Positions 49,167 through 58,688 of a stretch of 64,000 nt of DNA are shown here, piece by piece (within the stretch, counting starts at the first letter, position 1; every line of letters begins with the position of its first letter). The position numbers were made by a program, and so were the translations under genes. The notes below the pieces were generated by a model. The model was not told where the DNA came from, made no database searches, and saw only the letters and a program-made list of their open reading frames with translations. This stretch comes from a virus, in the IMG/VR virus record IMGVR_UViG_3300027808_000009, positions 53,920 through 117,919 of that record. One strand, 5' to 3'.

Positions 49167-52100
49167 CATGCCCAATTAAAACTAGTCAAGAGTATCAAGA
49201 TATTCTTAAAGAAGCTAATGGTAATGAAGAAAGAGCACTAGAATTATGGACAGAACGTGGATATAATTATGATGCAGATTTAAATGAGTATAAAGAAACT
49301 GAACCTGCAACAGGTATAGATCCAGAAGATACTAGAGATGATAAATTGTCAGCTCTTGTAGATAGAATGCGTCTATATGTAAGCAAGGAGATAAAAATGT
49401 TTGAGGGTAGAAAAGTTAAAGATCAAGAGGTTTTTAAAAAGAAAAAAGAAAAACTACTTGAGACTCTAAAAGCATTAGATGGTGTTGACTCAATTAATAT
49501 GTTTGTTAAAGATGCATATGAACAAGCACTACATGCTAAAAAAAGATTTGATTTGATATTAAGCAATGTTGGTTCTGAAGACGGTAAAGATATATTAAAT
49601 GAGTTAGCATCAATAAATGAATTTGCTAATGGATACTCTATATTAGATGAGATAAATAAACAAGATATATACAATTTTTTCTCTGCTGGAAAAGATGAAA
49701 GAGAACCTGGTACAAATATGACCGCACAGGATATGCTTTCAGATGCTGTTACAATAAGAGATAATATTAAGAAAAAATATGTACAAGTAGGTATTCCATT
49801 GATGGCTGAGTGGTTGTTACAATACCAAGCAGAAGGTATTGAAGATAAAGTATTACCACATCTTGAAACATTAAAGAAAAGATTAGATGAGCTTAAAGCT
49901 TCTACTAATTTATCTGAAAAGAAAAAAGATAAAGAAATTGCTAAACTAGAAGATGCAATTAATACATGGCAAAACTTTTCATTAGATAAAAAATCTCTTG
50001 TAGACTTATTAACTAAAGCTAGTCAAGATGAAGGTGTAATAGATTTCTTAATTAGTCCATTAATATCATCAAATGATCAATCACTTGGATTATTTGCAAG
50101 AGCTGTTAAAACTGAATTAGAAATTGCTAGACTTACTGATATTGATGTTAAAAGATTAGCAAGTGTAGAATTTGATAAATACAAAGATGCTCAATCAGCT
50201 AGTCAAAATAATCCTGCAAAATTTAATGAAGGTTTATATGAGTTTTTAGATTTTACTAAAGAGAAAAGTGATGGTACTGTTGAAGTAACACAAAGAGCAG
50301 CCTTTGTTCAAAAGCATGATATTAATAAGTTTAATGCAGCTAAGAAAAAAATGTATGCTTCTCTTGCTGGTTTATCTGATGCTGAACAAAAAAGAGTGAA
50401 AAATGATTGGTATAGCAATAATACTGCATCAAAAAGTCAAGAGGAAATAGATAAGATAAAAGCAGCTAAGTTAAAATTAAAAAATGGTAAACTAATAACT
50501 AAAGAAGAATATGAAGCTTGGTTAGACAGTGTAGAGGTAATTGGTAAAAATGGTAAAGTATATTATAAAGGTGAGTTAAGTGAGCCATCAATAGATTATA
50601 TAAACTCAAATTGGCAAGCTTTATATGATAAGGATGGTAAACCAAAAAATGCTAAAGGTGAATATCATAAATATTTAGTTGATATGTATCTTGAAGCTCA
50701 AGAGAGATTACCTGATGTACAAAAAAAAGGATATTTATTACCATCAATACTTAAAACTGATCTTGAAAGATTTCAGCAAAATGGTGGAAAAGATTTAGCA
50801 AAATATAAATTTAAAGAAGCAACATCTATTACAACAGATGATGTAGATTATGCATTAGGTGATTTATCTGAACAAGGTACTAAGTTCTTACCTGTAGATT
50901 ATACACGTAATATGGATGCTAAGGATGTAAGTTTAGACTTAGTAAGATCTGTATTAATATTTAACTCAATGACTAATAAATATGAAGCATTGAATAAGAT
51001 AGGTAATGAGATTAATATGTTTAAAACTATTATTGGTGAAAGAGAAATAACAGCAACTAATTCAAAAGGTAAACCAATCTTTGATGCTTTTGCTAAAAAA
51101 ATTGGTTTTACTGAGTTTTTAAGACAGAATGGTGAAAGTTATTCTAAAAGACACGTTGATGCATTTATAGATATGGTTGTATATCAAGAAATGCAAAGAG
51201 CTGAAGAAATACTTGGATTTTCAGGAGGTAAAATTACTAATACCTTAATGGGGTTTTCAGCTATTACAAGTATTGCAGCTGATGTATTAAAAGGTGTTGC
51301 TAATAACTTACAAGGTAATATTCAATTAATTATAGAAGCTAGTTCAGGTGAATTCTTTTCTGTCAAGAATCTTCATACTGGTAAAAAAGAATTTGCTAAA
51401 GCTGTACCAGATTTATTTGCTGATTTTGGAAAATCTTCACCTAAATCATGGGTTGGTAAGATGATTGAAGAATTTGATCCAATGCAAGGTGAGTATAAAG
51501 ATCAGTATGGTAAAAATGTATCACAATCAGCAGTAATTAAACTAATGAGAACAGACACATTATTCTTTAACCAGCATTGGGGTGAATATGAAATACAAGT
51601 ATCTTCAATGTTTGCATTGATGGCAGCTACAAAAACAATAGATAAAGATACTGGAGAAGAAATAACTGTACTTGATGCATATAAAAAATATGGTCCAGAA
51701 GGTATATATGATAATACAGAATTTACATCTAAGAAAAGATTTGATTTACAGAATAAACTACATGCATTAAGTAAAAGATTGCATGGTGTATATAATAACT
51801 TTGATAAAGGTACTGTCCAAAGATTTTCATTAGGTAGACTAGGGTTAATGTATAAAAAACATTTGGTACCAGGATATAAAAGAAGGTTTAAAAAAGCATC
51901 AATGGATCAAGAGTTAGGTAGTCCTGTTGAAGGTTTTTATAGAACCTTTAATTCTACTATGATAAAAGATATAAAACAAATGAAGTTTAATGTAGCTAAA
52001 AACTGGTCAACATATTCTGATTTTGAAAAAGCACAAATAACAAGAACATTAACTGAGTTAACTATTATTTTAACTTTAGCAGGATTATCAGCAATATTAG

Positions 52101-52459
52101 CTTATGCTTTTAGTGGAGATGATGATGATGATGAGGCAGTAAGAAAAAGTTATGCATATAATTTTTTAATGTATGAGTTAATTAGAATGCGTAGTGAAAC
52201 TGCAAGTTATATTTGGCCTGGTGATACAATGCGTATTATAAAGTCACCATTAGTTATTACAGGTACACTTGAAAGAACATTACGTCTGGCTAACCAAATA
52301 TTACCTTGGCATATTTCAGAAACATACAAGAGAGATACTGGTATATGGGAAAAAGGAGATAATAAAGCTTGGGCATATTTCTTAAAACTTATGGGTTTTT
52401 CAGGAAATAATATTGATCCAGCTGAAGCAGTTAAAGGATTTGAAAACGTAACAAGATAA
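49160..52459 (+). CDS. large ejection protein, third gene of the vRNAP cluster
   Basis: 1099 aa, helical; hydrophobic C-terminal segment ELTIILTLAGLSAILAYAF; overlaps the RNAP stop codon. Confidence 0.6.
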   Translation: MLTCPIKTSQEYQDILKEANGNEERALELWTERGYNYDADLNEYKETEPATGIDPEDTRDDKLSALVDRMRLYVSKEIKMFEGRKVKDQEVFKKKKEKLLETLKALDGVDSINMFVKDAYEQALHAKKRFDLILSNVGSEDGKDILNELASINEFANGYSILDEINKQDIYNFFSAGKDEREPGTNMTAQDMLSDAVTIRDNIKKKYVQVGIPLMAEWLLQYQAEGIEDKVLPHLETLKKRLDELKASTNLSEKKKDKEIAKLEDAINTWQNFSLDKKSLVDLLTKASQDEGVIDFLISPLISSNDQSLGLFARAVKTELEIARLTDIDVKRLASVEFDKYKDAQSASQNNPAKFNEGLYEFLDFTKEKSDGTVEVTQRAAFVQKHDINKFNAAKKKMYASLAGLSDAEQKRVKNDWYSNNTASKSQEEIDKIKAAKLKLKNGKLITKEEYEAWLDSVEVIGKNGKVYYKGELSEPSIDYINSNWQALYDKDGKPKNAKGEYHKYLVDMYLEAQERLPDVQKKGYLLPSILKTDLERFQQNGGKDLAKYKFKEATSITTDDVDYALGDLSEQGTKFLPVDYTRNMDAKDVSLDLVRSVLIFNSMTNKYEALNKIGNEINMFKTIIGEREITATNSKGKPIFDAFAKKIGFTEFLRQNGESYSKRHVDAFIDMVVYQEMQRAEEILGFSGGKITNTLMGFSAITSIAADVLKGVANNLQGNIQLIIEASSGEFFSVKNLHTGKKEFAKAVPDLFADFGKSSPKSWVGKMIEEFDPMQGEYKDQYGKNVSQSAVIKLMRTDTLFFNQHWGEYEIQVSSMFALMAATKTIDKDTGEEITVLDAYKKYGPEGIYDNTEFTSKKRFDLQNKLHALSKRLHGVYNNFDKGTVQRFSLGRLGLMYKKHLVPGYKRRFKKASMDQELGSPVEGFYRTFNSTMIKDIKQMKFNVAKNWSTYSDFEKAQITRTLTELTIILTLAGLSAILAYAFSGDDDDDEAVRKSYAYNFLMYELIRMRSETASYIWPGDTMRIIKSPLVITGTLERTLRLANQILPWHISETYKRDTGIWEKGDNKAWAYFLKLMGFSGNNIDPAEAVKGFENVTR

Positions 52460-52463
52460 AACA

Positions 52464-52598
52464 ATGACAGGTAAAACAACAGGAGGAGCAGGAGCTTCAT
52501 CAAAAATATCAAGACCAGGTATTCATGCTAAAACTAAAACATCTAAGCTGAAAAGCTCAAAGTTTTATAAAAAAGCTAACCGCGGTCAGGGTAAGTAG
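52464..52598 (+). CDS. 44-aa basic peptide, not in the ORF track
   Basis: MTGKTTGGAGASSKISRPGIHAKTKTSKLKSSKFYKKANRGQGK; ATG after AAAACA leader, TAG just before the terminator. Confidence 0.65.
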   Translation: MTGKTTGGAGASSKISRPGIHAKTKTSKLKSSKFYKKANRGQGK

Positions 52599-52637
52599 GA
52601 AAAAAAAAGGGAGAACCGTAGTGGCTCTCCCTTTTTT
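52599..52637. terminator. bidirectional Rho-independent terminator between the convergent gene blocks
   Basis: A8-GGGAGA...TCTCCC-T6: A run before and T run after the stem. Confidence 0.85.
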
Positions 52638-52791
52638 ACTTTAAACTTTTAATATTTAACTCTTCTAAATCTGGCAAGTTTACTTTAAATAAACCTATAA
52701 GTTTACTTTTATCATAACTTACTAAAGCATATTCACCATCACTTGATATACGCTTTACATAAACTGTCTTATTGATATACTTTGCTTTCAT
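52636..52791 (-). CDS. 51-aa hypothetical protein, not in the ORF track
   Basis: MKAKYINKTVYVKRISSDGEYALVSYDK...; ATG overlaps the TGA of the upstream gene (ATGA coupling). Confidence 0.6.
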   Translation of the reverse strand: MKAKYINKTVYVKRISSDGEYALVSYDKSKLIGLFKVNLPDLEELNIKSLK

Positions 52792-53003
52792 TCTATTGAT
52801 ACATTATATTCTGAAAAATACTCATGCAATTTATCCCTTAATTCTTGTGCTATCTCAGCTTTATTACCATCCTCACTATACTTGGCAATTGATCTTAAGT
52901 GTTGATCCATGTCCCATAGTATAAGCTTAAACTTATAACCATCAACTGCACTGTTGAAATCTTCTGCCTCTTCAGGTAGATCAAATTTTAATATTGCCTC
53001 CAT
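52788..53003 (-). CDS. small hypothetical phage protein
   Basis: 71 aa, MEAILKFDLPEE...WDMDQHLRS; coupled to neighbours. Confidence 0.7.
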   Translation of the reverse strand: MEAILKFDLPEEAEDFNSAVDGYKFKLILWDMDQHLRSIAKYSEDGNKAEIAQELRDKLHEYFSEYNVSIE

Positions 53004-53401
53004 TATTTAATGAATTGTTTAAGATTTGGTTTAAAGTAGTTATCACCTTTAAGGATTTTGCCGTCTTCTCTTAATAACGGTTTACCATCAGGTCCTAATT
53101 TACTCATATTAGAACTGTGAATCTCAGCAAATACATCCTCAATAATGTTTTGCATACCATGTTTTAATATAGTACCACACAAAATATATAACTGATCACC
53201 TAATGCATCAGCAATACCTTCCAGTCTTTGTTTTGCATTCATAACACCTTCTAAAGCTGCTTGAATATACTCATCATTCTCTTCAGCCATAAGTCTATGT
53301 CTCAATTGAACTTCATCATGACTGATTAATACTGGTTCAGTACCATTTATTTGTTGAAACCCCTCATGGAAATCCTTCACTGCTTGTAATTGCTTTAACA
53401 T
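53003..53401 (-). CDS. MazG-like / PRA-PH nucleotide pyrophosphohydrolase
   Basis: Likely start MLKQLQAVKDFH at 53401; LMAEENDEY...IADALGDQLYI...VFAEIHSSNMSK..DG.P..REDGKILKG. Confidence 0.85.
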   Translation of the reverse strand: MLKQLQAVKDFHEGFQQINGTEPVLISHDEVQLRHRLMAEENDEYIQAALEGVMNAKQRLEGIADALGDQLYILCGTILKHGMQNIIEDVFAEIHSSNMSKLGPDGKPLLREDGKILKGDNYFKPNLKQFIK

Positions 53402-53421
53402 AATTTTATTTTTTGTAAAGA

Positions 53422-53454
53422 TAAAAAAAAGTGGATACATTTCTGTACCCACTT
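53422..53454 (-). terminator. Rho-independent terminator with GAAA loop
   Basis: Minus strand AAGTGGGTACA-GAAA-TGTATCCACTT-TTTTTT; the T run overlaps a TATCTTTA promoter-like element for the next gene. Confidence 0.75.
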
Positions 53455-53497
53455 GATTGATATATTTGTTTAACTATACTCCCTTGGAGCAAGTGTC

Positions 53498-54661
53498 TTA
53501 CAAAAAGAATTCACCACCGTGGTCATCCTTTTTAGTATCATCTAAATCAAAATTAAAATCATCATCCCAATCATCAACTACCTTAGTTTCAGTAGGTTTA
53601 ACCTCTTCTACTTCAACTATTGCTTTAACTTTAGCTTCATCTGCAGCTCTAAGTCCCTCAAGGATAATCTGATCAGTAGTTGGTAAAACTAATTCAGGTT
53701 CTGCCTCAACTTCAAGTAACGGTACTTCAAAAGTATTACCTGCTGGATCTTCATATATCATAGATTCACGCATCTCATTTGCTATGAACTCTTCAAAATC
53801 ATTAGCATCTTGTGCAAGTTGACTAAATTCTGCATCCTCTTCAACTCTTTCTATCTCAGTAAGAATATTTAATTGATTTTCTGGCTCACCATAGTTTAAT
53901 GCTGATGGATCAACTTCTTCTAATTCAATATCCTCAGTAAAGTTAACTAAATCAAACTCTATTGCAATATACCAATGAAACTTTCTCTGATCATCCATCC
54001 AGTTTCTTGGGTGAGCTTTCTTTAAAGCATAAGTAACATGATTATAAAATGCCCATAATGAATTTACTTCACAGTTATAATCATAACTTGGTTTATACAT
54101 TTGTTGTTTAACAACTGACATTTGCTCATTAGTAAGTATCTCATATTCAGCGTACATTACACCTAACATTTCTGCTTGCTTTCTTTCACTAAGAGTAATC
54201 TTTTTCATTATGTCTTTATCATTGACAATTCTATCAAAGTACACATTAGCATTACTGATTTGATCAATGATAGTTTTAACTGTTTCAACATCTGCAGTTC
54301 CAAGATGCTTTCTTCCCCATGAACCCATATCTCCGGTAACTACACCATTCATACATATGAAAACATAACCACCAATAGCACACTTAAATCTCATTTGCTT
54401 GTTATAACTATTAGACCAGGCAAACATCATCCCAACTTCAGGATCTTTTGCATAGTTTAAATAGTATATACCTTGAGCAATTGATCCATCTGCATTAGCT
54501 TTATATGCTTCTTTCTCAATCTCAAAACCATATAACGCTAACTGTTCTTTAGCATGATTAATAATAAATTCATGCGAGATAACCGTATAGCTATCTGCAT
54601 GAGTTGGTAATGGAATACTAGTTAAATATTCTTTTGTACAATTTTGTGTTCTTACAGCCAT
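53498..54661 (-). CDS. DUF932-like protein with long acidic C-terminal tail
   Basis: AWSNSYNKQMRF..AIGGYVFICMNG...RKH...SLWAFYNHVT pattern; D/E-rich tail. Confidence 0.6.
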   Translation of the reverse strand: MAVRTQNCTKEYLTSIPLPTHADSYTVISHEFIINHAKEQLALYGFEIEKEAYKANADGSIAQGIYYLNYAKDPEVGMMFAWSNSYNKQMRFKCAIGGYVFICMNGVVTGDMGSWGRKHLGTADVETVKTIIDQISNANVYFDRIVNDKDIMKKITLSERKQAEMLGVMYAEYEILTNEQMSVVKQQMYKPSYDYNCEVNSLWAFYNHVTYALKKAHPRNWMDDQRKFHWYIAIEFDLVNFTEDIELEEVDPSALNYGEPENQLNILTEIERVEEDAEFSQLAQDANDFEEFIANEMRESMIYEDPAGNTFEVPLLEVEAEPELVLPTTDQIILEGLRAADEAKVKAIVEVEEVKPTETKVVDDWDDDFNFDLDDTKKDDHGGEFFL

Positions 54662-54662
54662 T

Positions 54663-56651
54663 TTAAAATAATTTTAATTGATTAATATTTGGTTCTAGTT
54701 GATGGACCTCTTTATAGATTTTTTGTAGATAATACTTATTATTTATCAGATAATCATTAAAAGGCTTTTCTACAAAGTTAATAAATGGAGTTTGCATCCA
54801 CTTACCACTCTCTACTTGTATTTGTCTACCATCATCTTTATTTTGCTTTACAATCTTGGAGCCTCTTTCAGATATATAATATCTAATAGTATTTTGTAGT
54901 TGTGTTACACTATGAATACCATCATCAACTTTCTCTTCAACAAATCCCCAATTGCCTTTTATCTTAACTCCTCCACAATAATCAAAGATATTATTTTGGG
55001 TTTTCAGATAATCTTCTGGTGCCGTACCATGTACAAAATAGTTATATATAGTTCTAGGAATAATTAAGAAACTTTTATTCTTATGTAAGGCCAGATTATT
55101 AAACTCAAATCTACCTTTACACTTAGTAGCAGCATAATAGAAAGTACCATCACCTTTTTTAAAAAGATAATGTGGATTCTCTTGCTTCATTTCATTATAT
55201 CTATCTTCATCAACAAGTTTATAATCATGTACGGCTATGTAATTATTTACATCACCTATGATCATTTTACTATATGTATCATGTTCTAGTTGAAGACTTG
55301 TAATCTTTTCCCATCTAGCACATATCTCCAAATATTTTTCCTGATATTCTCTTGGTATAATAGTTTCTAAACCATCTGTATTCTGCATTAATGGTACAGC
55401 ATTTGGAATCTCTTCAATTATCATCTCATATAACATACAAAGACTTAACTGACCATTAATAGTTATTCTCATAGTAAATTCTGGATCATACAGAAAACTA
55501 TTTGCATCATTACTTAATCCATAAGTTGAATTAAGAATAATCTTATATACATAATTTCTTACATCTTTCTTACTTATCTTCTTTCTCTCATTAAAGAACC
55601 ATTCATACAGCTCACAGAATTCTACTTTAGGTAAATGTGCAGGAGCCCAATTATTTCTAATAGCTAGATTTGGATAATAACTGACAACATCACTTGACAT
55701 TATCATCATATCTTCATTAGACTTATAAATACCACTTGTCTTTGCACCATGAATACCACCTAAACCAAAATCAGTTTTAACACCTTTATAGTTTATAGAA
55801 TACTTGAAGCCTCCTTTTGTATGTTCTGGATATACAACAATATCATTAAATACTGATAATAGCTTTTGAAAGGTTGCAGTCTCAAACTTTACATAATCAA
55901 GTATAATATCCTTTACAGGAATACTATCTCTTTTAGTTCTTAACTGTCTTAACTCATATTTTTTAATCCCAGTACTCTCACTCAAGAAATGTAAAAATAA
56001 CTCTTTACTTATTCTTGGTTCAGATGCACTGAATAAAGGAATATTATACTCCTCTGTCAATGTTTTTCTTAATGCAATTTGATTTTTACTAAGCTGCATT
56101 ATCTTCTTAGTTGACACAACATCATTGATACAATAATCAACTATCATGTTAATCTGCTCAAATGTGGTCACTATGGTAGTATGATGTAATGGCATATCTT
56201 GGATACTAGGCCAATCCATACTATACTGTATCCATTTTAAACTTGATCTCTTAGCAGGATTATCCCAATGATTTAACTTGAATACATCTACTTGCTTGAT
56301 GCTCATAGTCTTTTCATAAAAATCTAGAAACTCACCAGATCCTTGCTTATTAATCACATATTGAGCTTTACTATAAACCCATTCAGCAATTTCAGATCCG
56401 GCCATGAATGATAGACTACCAGCATTCTGTAATATATACTCAGTTATCTGACCATCAAATCCTAAACCATTATAAGATACATGCCACTCACCATGTAATA
56501 AATTTCTTTTCAAAAACTCAATATAGTCATCCCAATCATTTTGTAAATCATGCATTACAAATGTTAGTGTTTCTTCAGACTTAACATCCTGAAACACAGC
56601 AATAAAACAATTACTCATTGTTTCATAATCCATTACCCAATTCTGTTTCAT
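54663..56651 (-). CDS. polB: family B DNA polymerase
   Basis: Exo motifs MDYET, SYNGLGFD, YCINDV; polymerase motifs SSDVVSYYP, KIILNSTYG, NTDG. Confidence 0.93.
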   Translation of the reverse strand: MKQNWVMDYETMSNCFIAVFQDVKSEETLTFVMHDLQNDWDDYIEFLKRNLLHGEWHVSYNGLGFDGQITEYILQNAGSLSFMAGSEIAEWVYSKAQYVINKQGSGEFLDFYEKTMSIKQVDVFKLNHWDNPAKRSSLKWIQYSMDWPSIQDMPLHHTTIVTTFEQINMIVDYCINDVVSTKKIMQLSKNQIALRKTLTEEYNIPLFSASEPRISKELFLHFLSESTGIKKYELRQLRTKRDSIPVKDIILDYVKFETATFQKLLSVFNDIVVYPEHTKGGFKYSINYKGVKTDFGLGGIHGAKTSGIYKSNEDMMIMSSDVVSYYPNLAIRNNWAPAHLPKVEFCELYEWFFNERKKISKKDVRNYVYKIILNSTYGLSNDANSFLYDPEFTMRITINGQLSLCMLYEMIIEEIPNAVPLMQNTDGLETIIPREYQEKYLEICARWEKITSLQLEHDTYSKMIIGDVNNYIAVHDYKLVDEDRYNEMKQENPHYLFKKGDGTFYYAATKCKGRFEFNNLALHKNKSFLIIPRTIYNYFVHGTAPEDYLKTQNNIFDYCGGVKIKGNWGFVEEKVDDGIHSVTQLQNTIRYYISERGSKIVKQNKDDGRQIQVESGKWMQTPFINFVEKPFNDYLINNKYYLQKIYKEVHQLEPNINQLKLF

Positions 56652-56687
56652 AATCCATATTCAGTTAAGCTGTTTCCCCTATTTAGT

Positions 56688-56722
56688 TAAAATCACAGAG
56701 CATCAGTAATGACACTCTGTGA
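56688..56722 (-). terminator. hairpin/terminator upstream of polB
   Basis: TCACAGAG...CTCTGTGA stem followed by TTTT on the minus strand. Confidence 0.5.
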
Positions 56723-56731
56723 CTTATTAAA

Positions 56732-57118
56732 TTAATTTGCAGGTTGAACTGCTTTGTCTAACGTAGTCTGAAAGTCAAACTCTTTAGAGTTAATACCTAA
56801 ATAGTTAACAAGATTTTTAATATCTTCTTTGTTATCTAAGTAATACTCTTGAAATGTTTCACTTGATACTCTTTCCTCTCTTACATTTCTACCATTAGCT
56901 CTTAAAGCTTGTGTTCCCATTGGGTCACCATTCTCATCAAGTTTAGGTAACATGTGTAAAGTAGTTTTAGTTACCTTACCTATAATTACAAATAATCCTG
57001 ATGTTAAATCATAGATACACTCTACATAAGGTGAATCATTAGATACTGGTATCATTCTAAAAGTGTTGTGACCATTCCATTCTGAACTGATCAACGTCAT
57101 TGTGTTTTCTCCTGTCAT
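56732..57118 (-). CDS. conserved hypothetical phage protein
   Basis: 128 aa; TFRMIP...PYVE.IYD...HMLPKLDENGDP; coupled to the upstream gene. Confidence 0.7.
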   Translation of the reverse strand: MTGENTMTLISSEWNGHNTFRMIPVSNDSPYVECIYDLTSGLFVIIGKVTKTTLHMLPKLDENGDPMGTQALRANGRNVREERVSSETFQEYYLDNKEDIKNLVNYLGINSKEFDFQTTLDKAVQPAN

Positions 57119-57672
57119 ATTATTTTATTTAACTGTTCTACTGATACTAAATATATTTCTTTTTCCATGTCCGGTTTAGTACATAACTCACCTACCTCCA
57201 TTAATACTTCTTCATTTACTCCTAGCAACTCAGAATAAATGTTAAAATACTTTTCAGGAAACAAGAAACTATCCATATACATGTAGTTACTGCCATTTTT
57301 ATCAAAATGATCTCTTATCTTGCGCTTTATTGTGGGATTCATCTTACTATATCTACCGTTGATCAAATGCATCCAATCTGTTTCCATATCAGAAAAGTCA
57401 AAAGTATACAATACTTCAGTATCATTTAGCTTGATGTAATCATTCAGTCTGTTATGCTTCAGTAATACATTCTTTTCAAAATCAACATAATCTTGATCTG
57501 TTCTAGCATGAAATACTGTTACAAGTTTCATATCCTCGGGTGTCACATAGTCATTCCAGCCAAAATAAGTTTGGACTGGAGTAACACTTGAACCCTTTTT
57601 AATACCTAAGAGCGGATAAACAAATATCTTAGATTTTTGAAAATAATTTCTATAAAGCGCATTAATACTCAT
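57115..57672 (-). CDS. conserved hypothetical phage protein
   Basis: 185 aa; YFQKSKIF.YPLLGI...GRYSKM; operonic packing. Confidence 0.7.
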   Translation of the reverse strand: MSINALYRNYFQKSKIFVYPLLGIKKGSSVTPVQTYFGWNDYVTPEDMKLVTVFHARTDQDYVDFEKNVLLKHNRLNDYIKLNDTEVLYTFDFSDMETDWMHLINGRYSKMNPTIKRKIRDHFDKNGSNYMYMDSFLFPEKYFNIYSELLGVNEEVLMEVGELCTKPDMEKEIYLVSVEQLNKII

Positions 57673-57677
57673 AATTT

Positions 57678-58688
57678 TTACAATTTTACATTCCCGGTTG
57701 CTAATTCATATGGTAAAGTAAAGTCCTTATTGGTATAATGATAGTCTACAACTGTCAATATATTTTTAAACTCCTCTTCCCATACCTTCAATGTCTCATC
57801 TGATACTTGAAATGGATAAATTAAATTAGCTCTATCAATCACAATAAATGTAATTACAACTTTCCAATCAAGCTTATCTGGTAAATCTTTAAGATATTTA
57901 CCTAAACTCAATTGTTTATACATAACGGCCTGTATCCAATATTTGTAATATTGCACTGAGTCTGGAAAATCTTGAATGGCTTTACCAGTAGTCTTTAAAT
58001 CATTAATGAATATAGTCTTAGTATTATGATCCATGACCACATTATCTAATATACCTTTAAAACCAAACTTGTATTTACTTGATTTTAATTGCACACCTTC
58101 TTCATTATAGATTTTAATATTCTCATCTCTATCATTATCAAGTTGCATCAAACTTCTTACAGTTGCATGGTTTCTTAGTAACTCTACAGATTCTTTTGCA
58201 GTATCTAATGTAGATTGATCTACAATAGTCTTACCTTGTTTTACTTTTAAAAATTCAAAATATTGTGTATTCTGTTCAGTCACCATCTTTGCAATTCTAC
58301 CCTCATCTGTCTTTAAAGATTGATGAAGATTTATTCCTAATAGCACAGTAATTATGCTATCTGGAAAATCAGCCAATGTTAAATCAGTATCAGGTTGTGA
58401 TTGAAAAACCTTAAAGACTTCATCTACAAGCAATCTGTTGTTATCTTTTGGTAGATTACTTGGTATTACAATAAATTCATCATTGAACTTATCTGGTTCA
58501 AGTAGTAAACAATGTACTACTTTCCCTGCCACTAAATGAGCATCAACCATATCTTCTCTTTGATTTAAGATATAGTGTCTATAAAAAGCTGCTGGTGAAT
58601 ACAACAGCTTATTTATACTTGAGTAACTAAAATAAAAGTCACTATTATAAAATTGATTTAATTCATCATTATAAGAAATAGTCATCAT
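57678..58688 (-). CDS. PD-(D/E)XK exonuclease (RecE/Cas4-like PDDEXK)
   Basis: FSYSSIN N-terminus, GKVVHCLLLE, FKGILDNV...INDLKTT, YWIQAVMY. Confidence 0.8.
   Translation of the reverse strand: MMTISYNDELNQFYNSDFYFSYSSINKLLYSPAAFYRHYILNQREDMVDAHLVAGKVVHCLLLEPDKFNDEFIVIPSNLPKDNNRLLVDEVFKVFQSQPDTDLTLADFPDSIITVLLGINLHQSLKTDEGRIAKMVTEQNTQYFEFLKVKQGKTIVDQSTLDTAKESVELLRNHATVRSLMQLDNDRDENIKIYNEEGVQLKSSKYKFGFKGILDNVVMDHNTKTIFINDLKTTGKAIQDFPDSVQYYKYWIQAVMYKQLSLGKYLKDLPDKLDWKVVITFIVIDRANLIYPFQVSDETLKVWEEEFKNILTVVDYHYTNKDFTLPYELATGNVKL

Noticed and set aside
36816-52459. Stop-codon reassignment (TAG/TGA recoding seen in some crAss-like phages)
   Set aside because: Giant ORFs are intact in the standard code, and TAG/TGA serve as real stops (e.g. 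2860, 52598, 52788)
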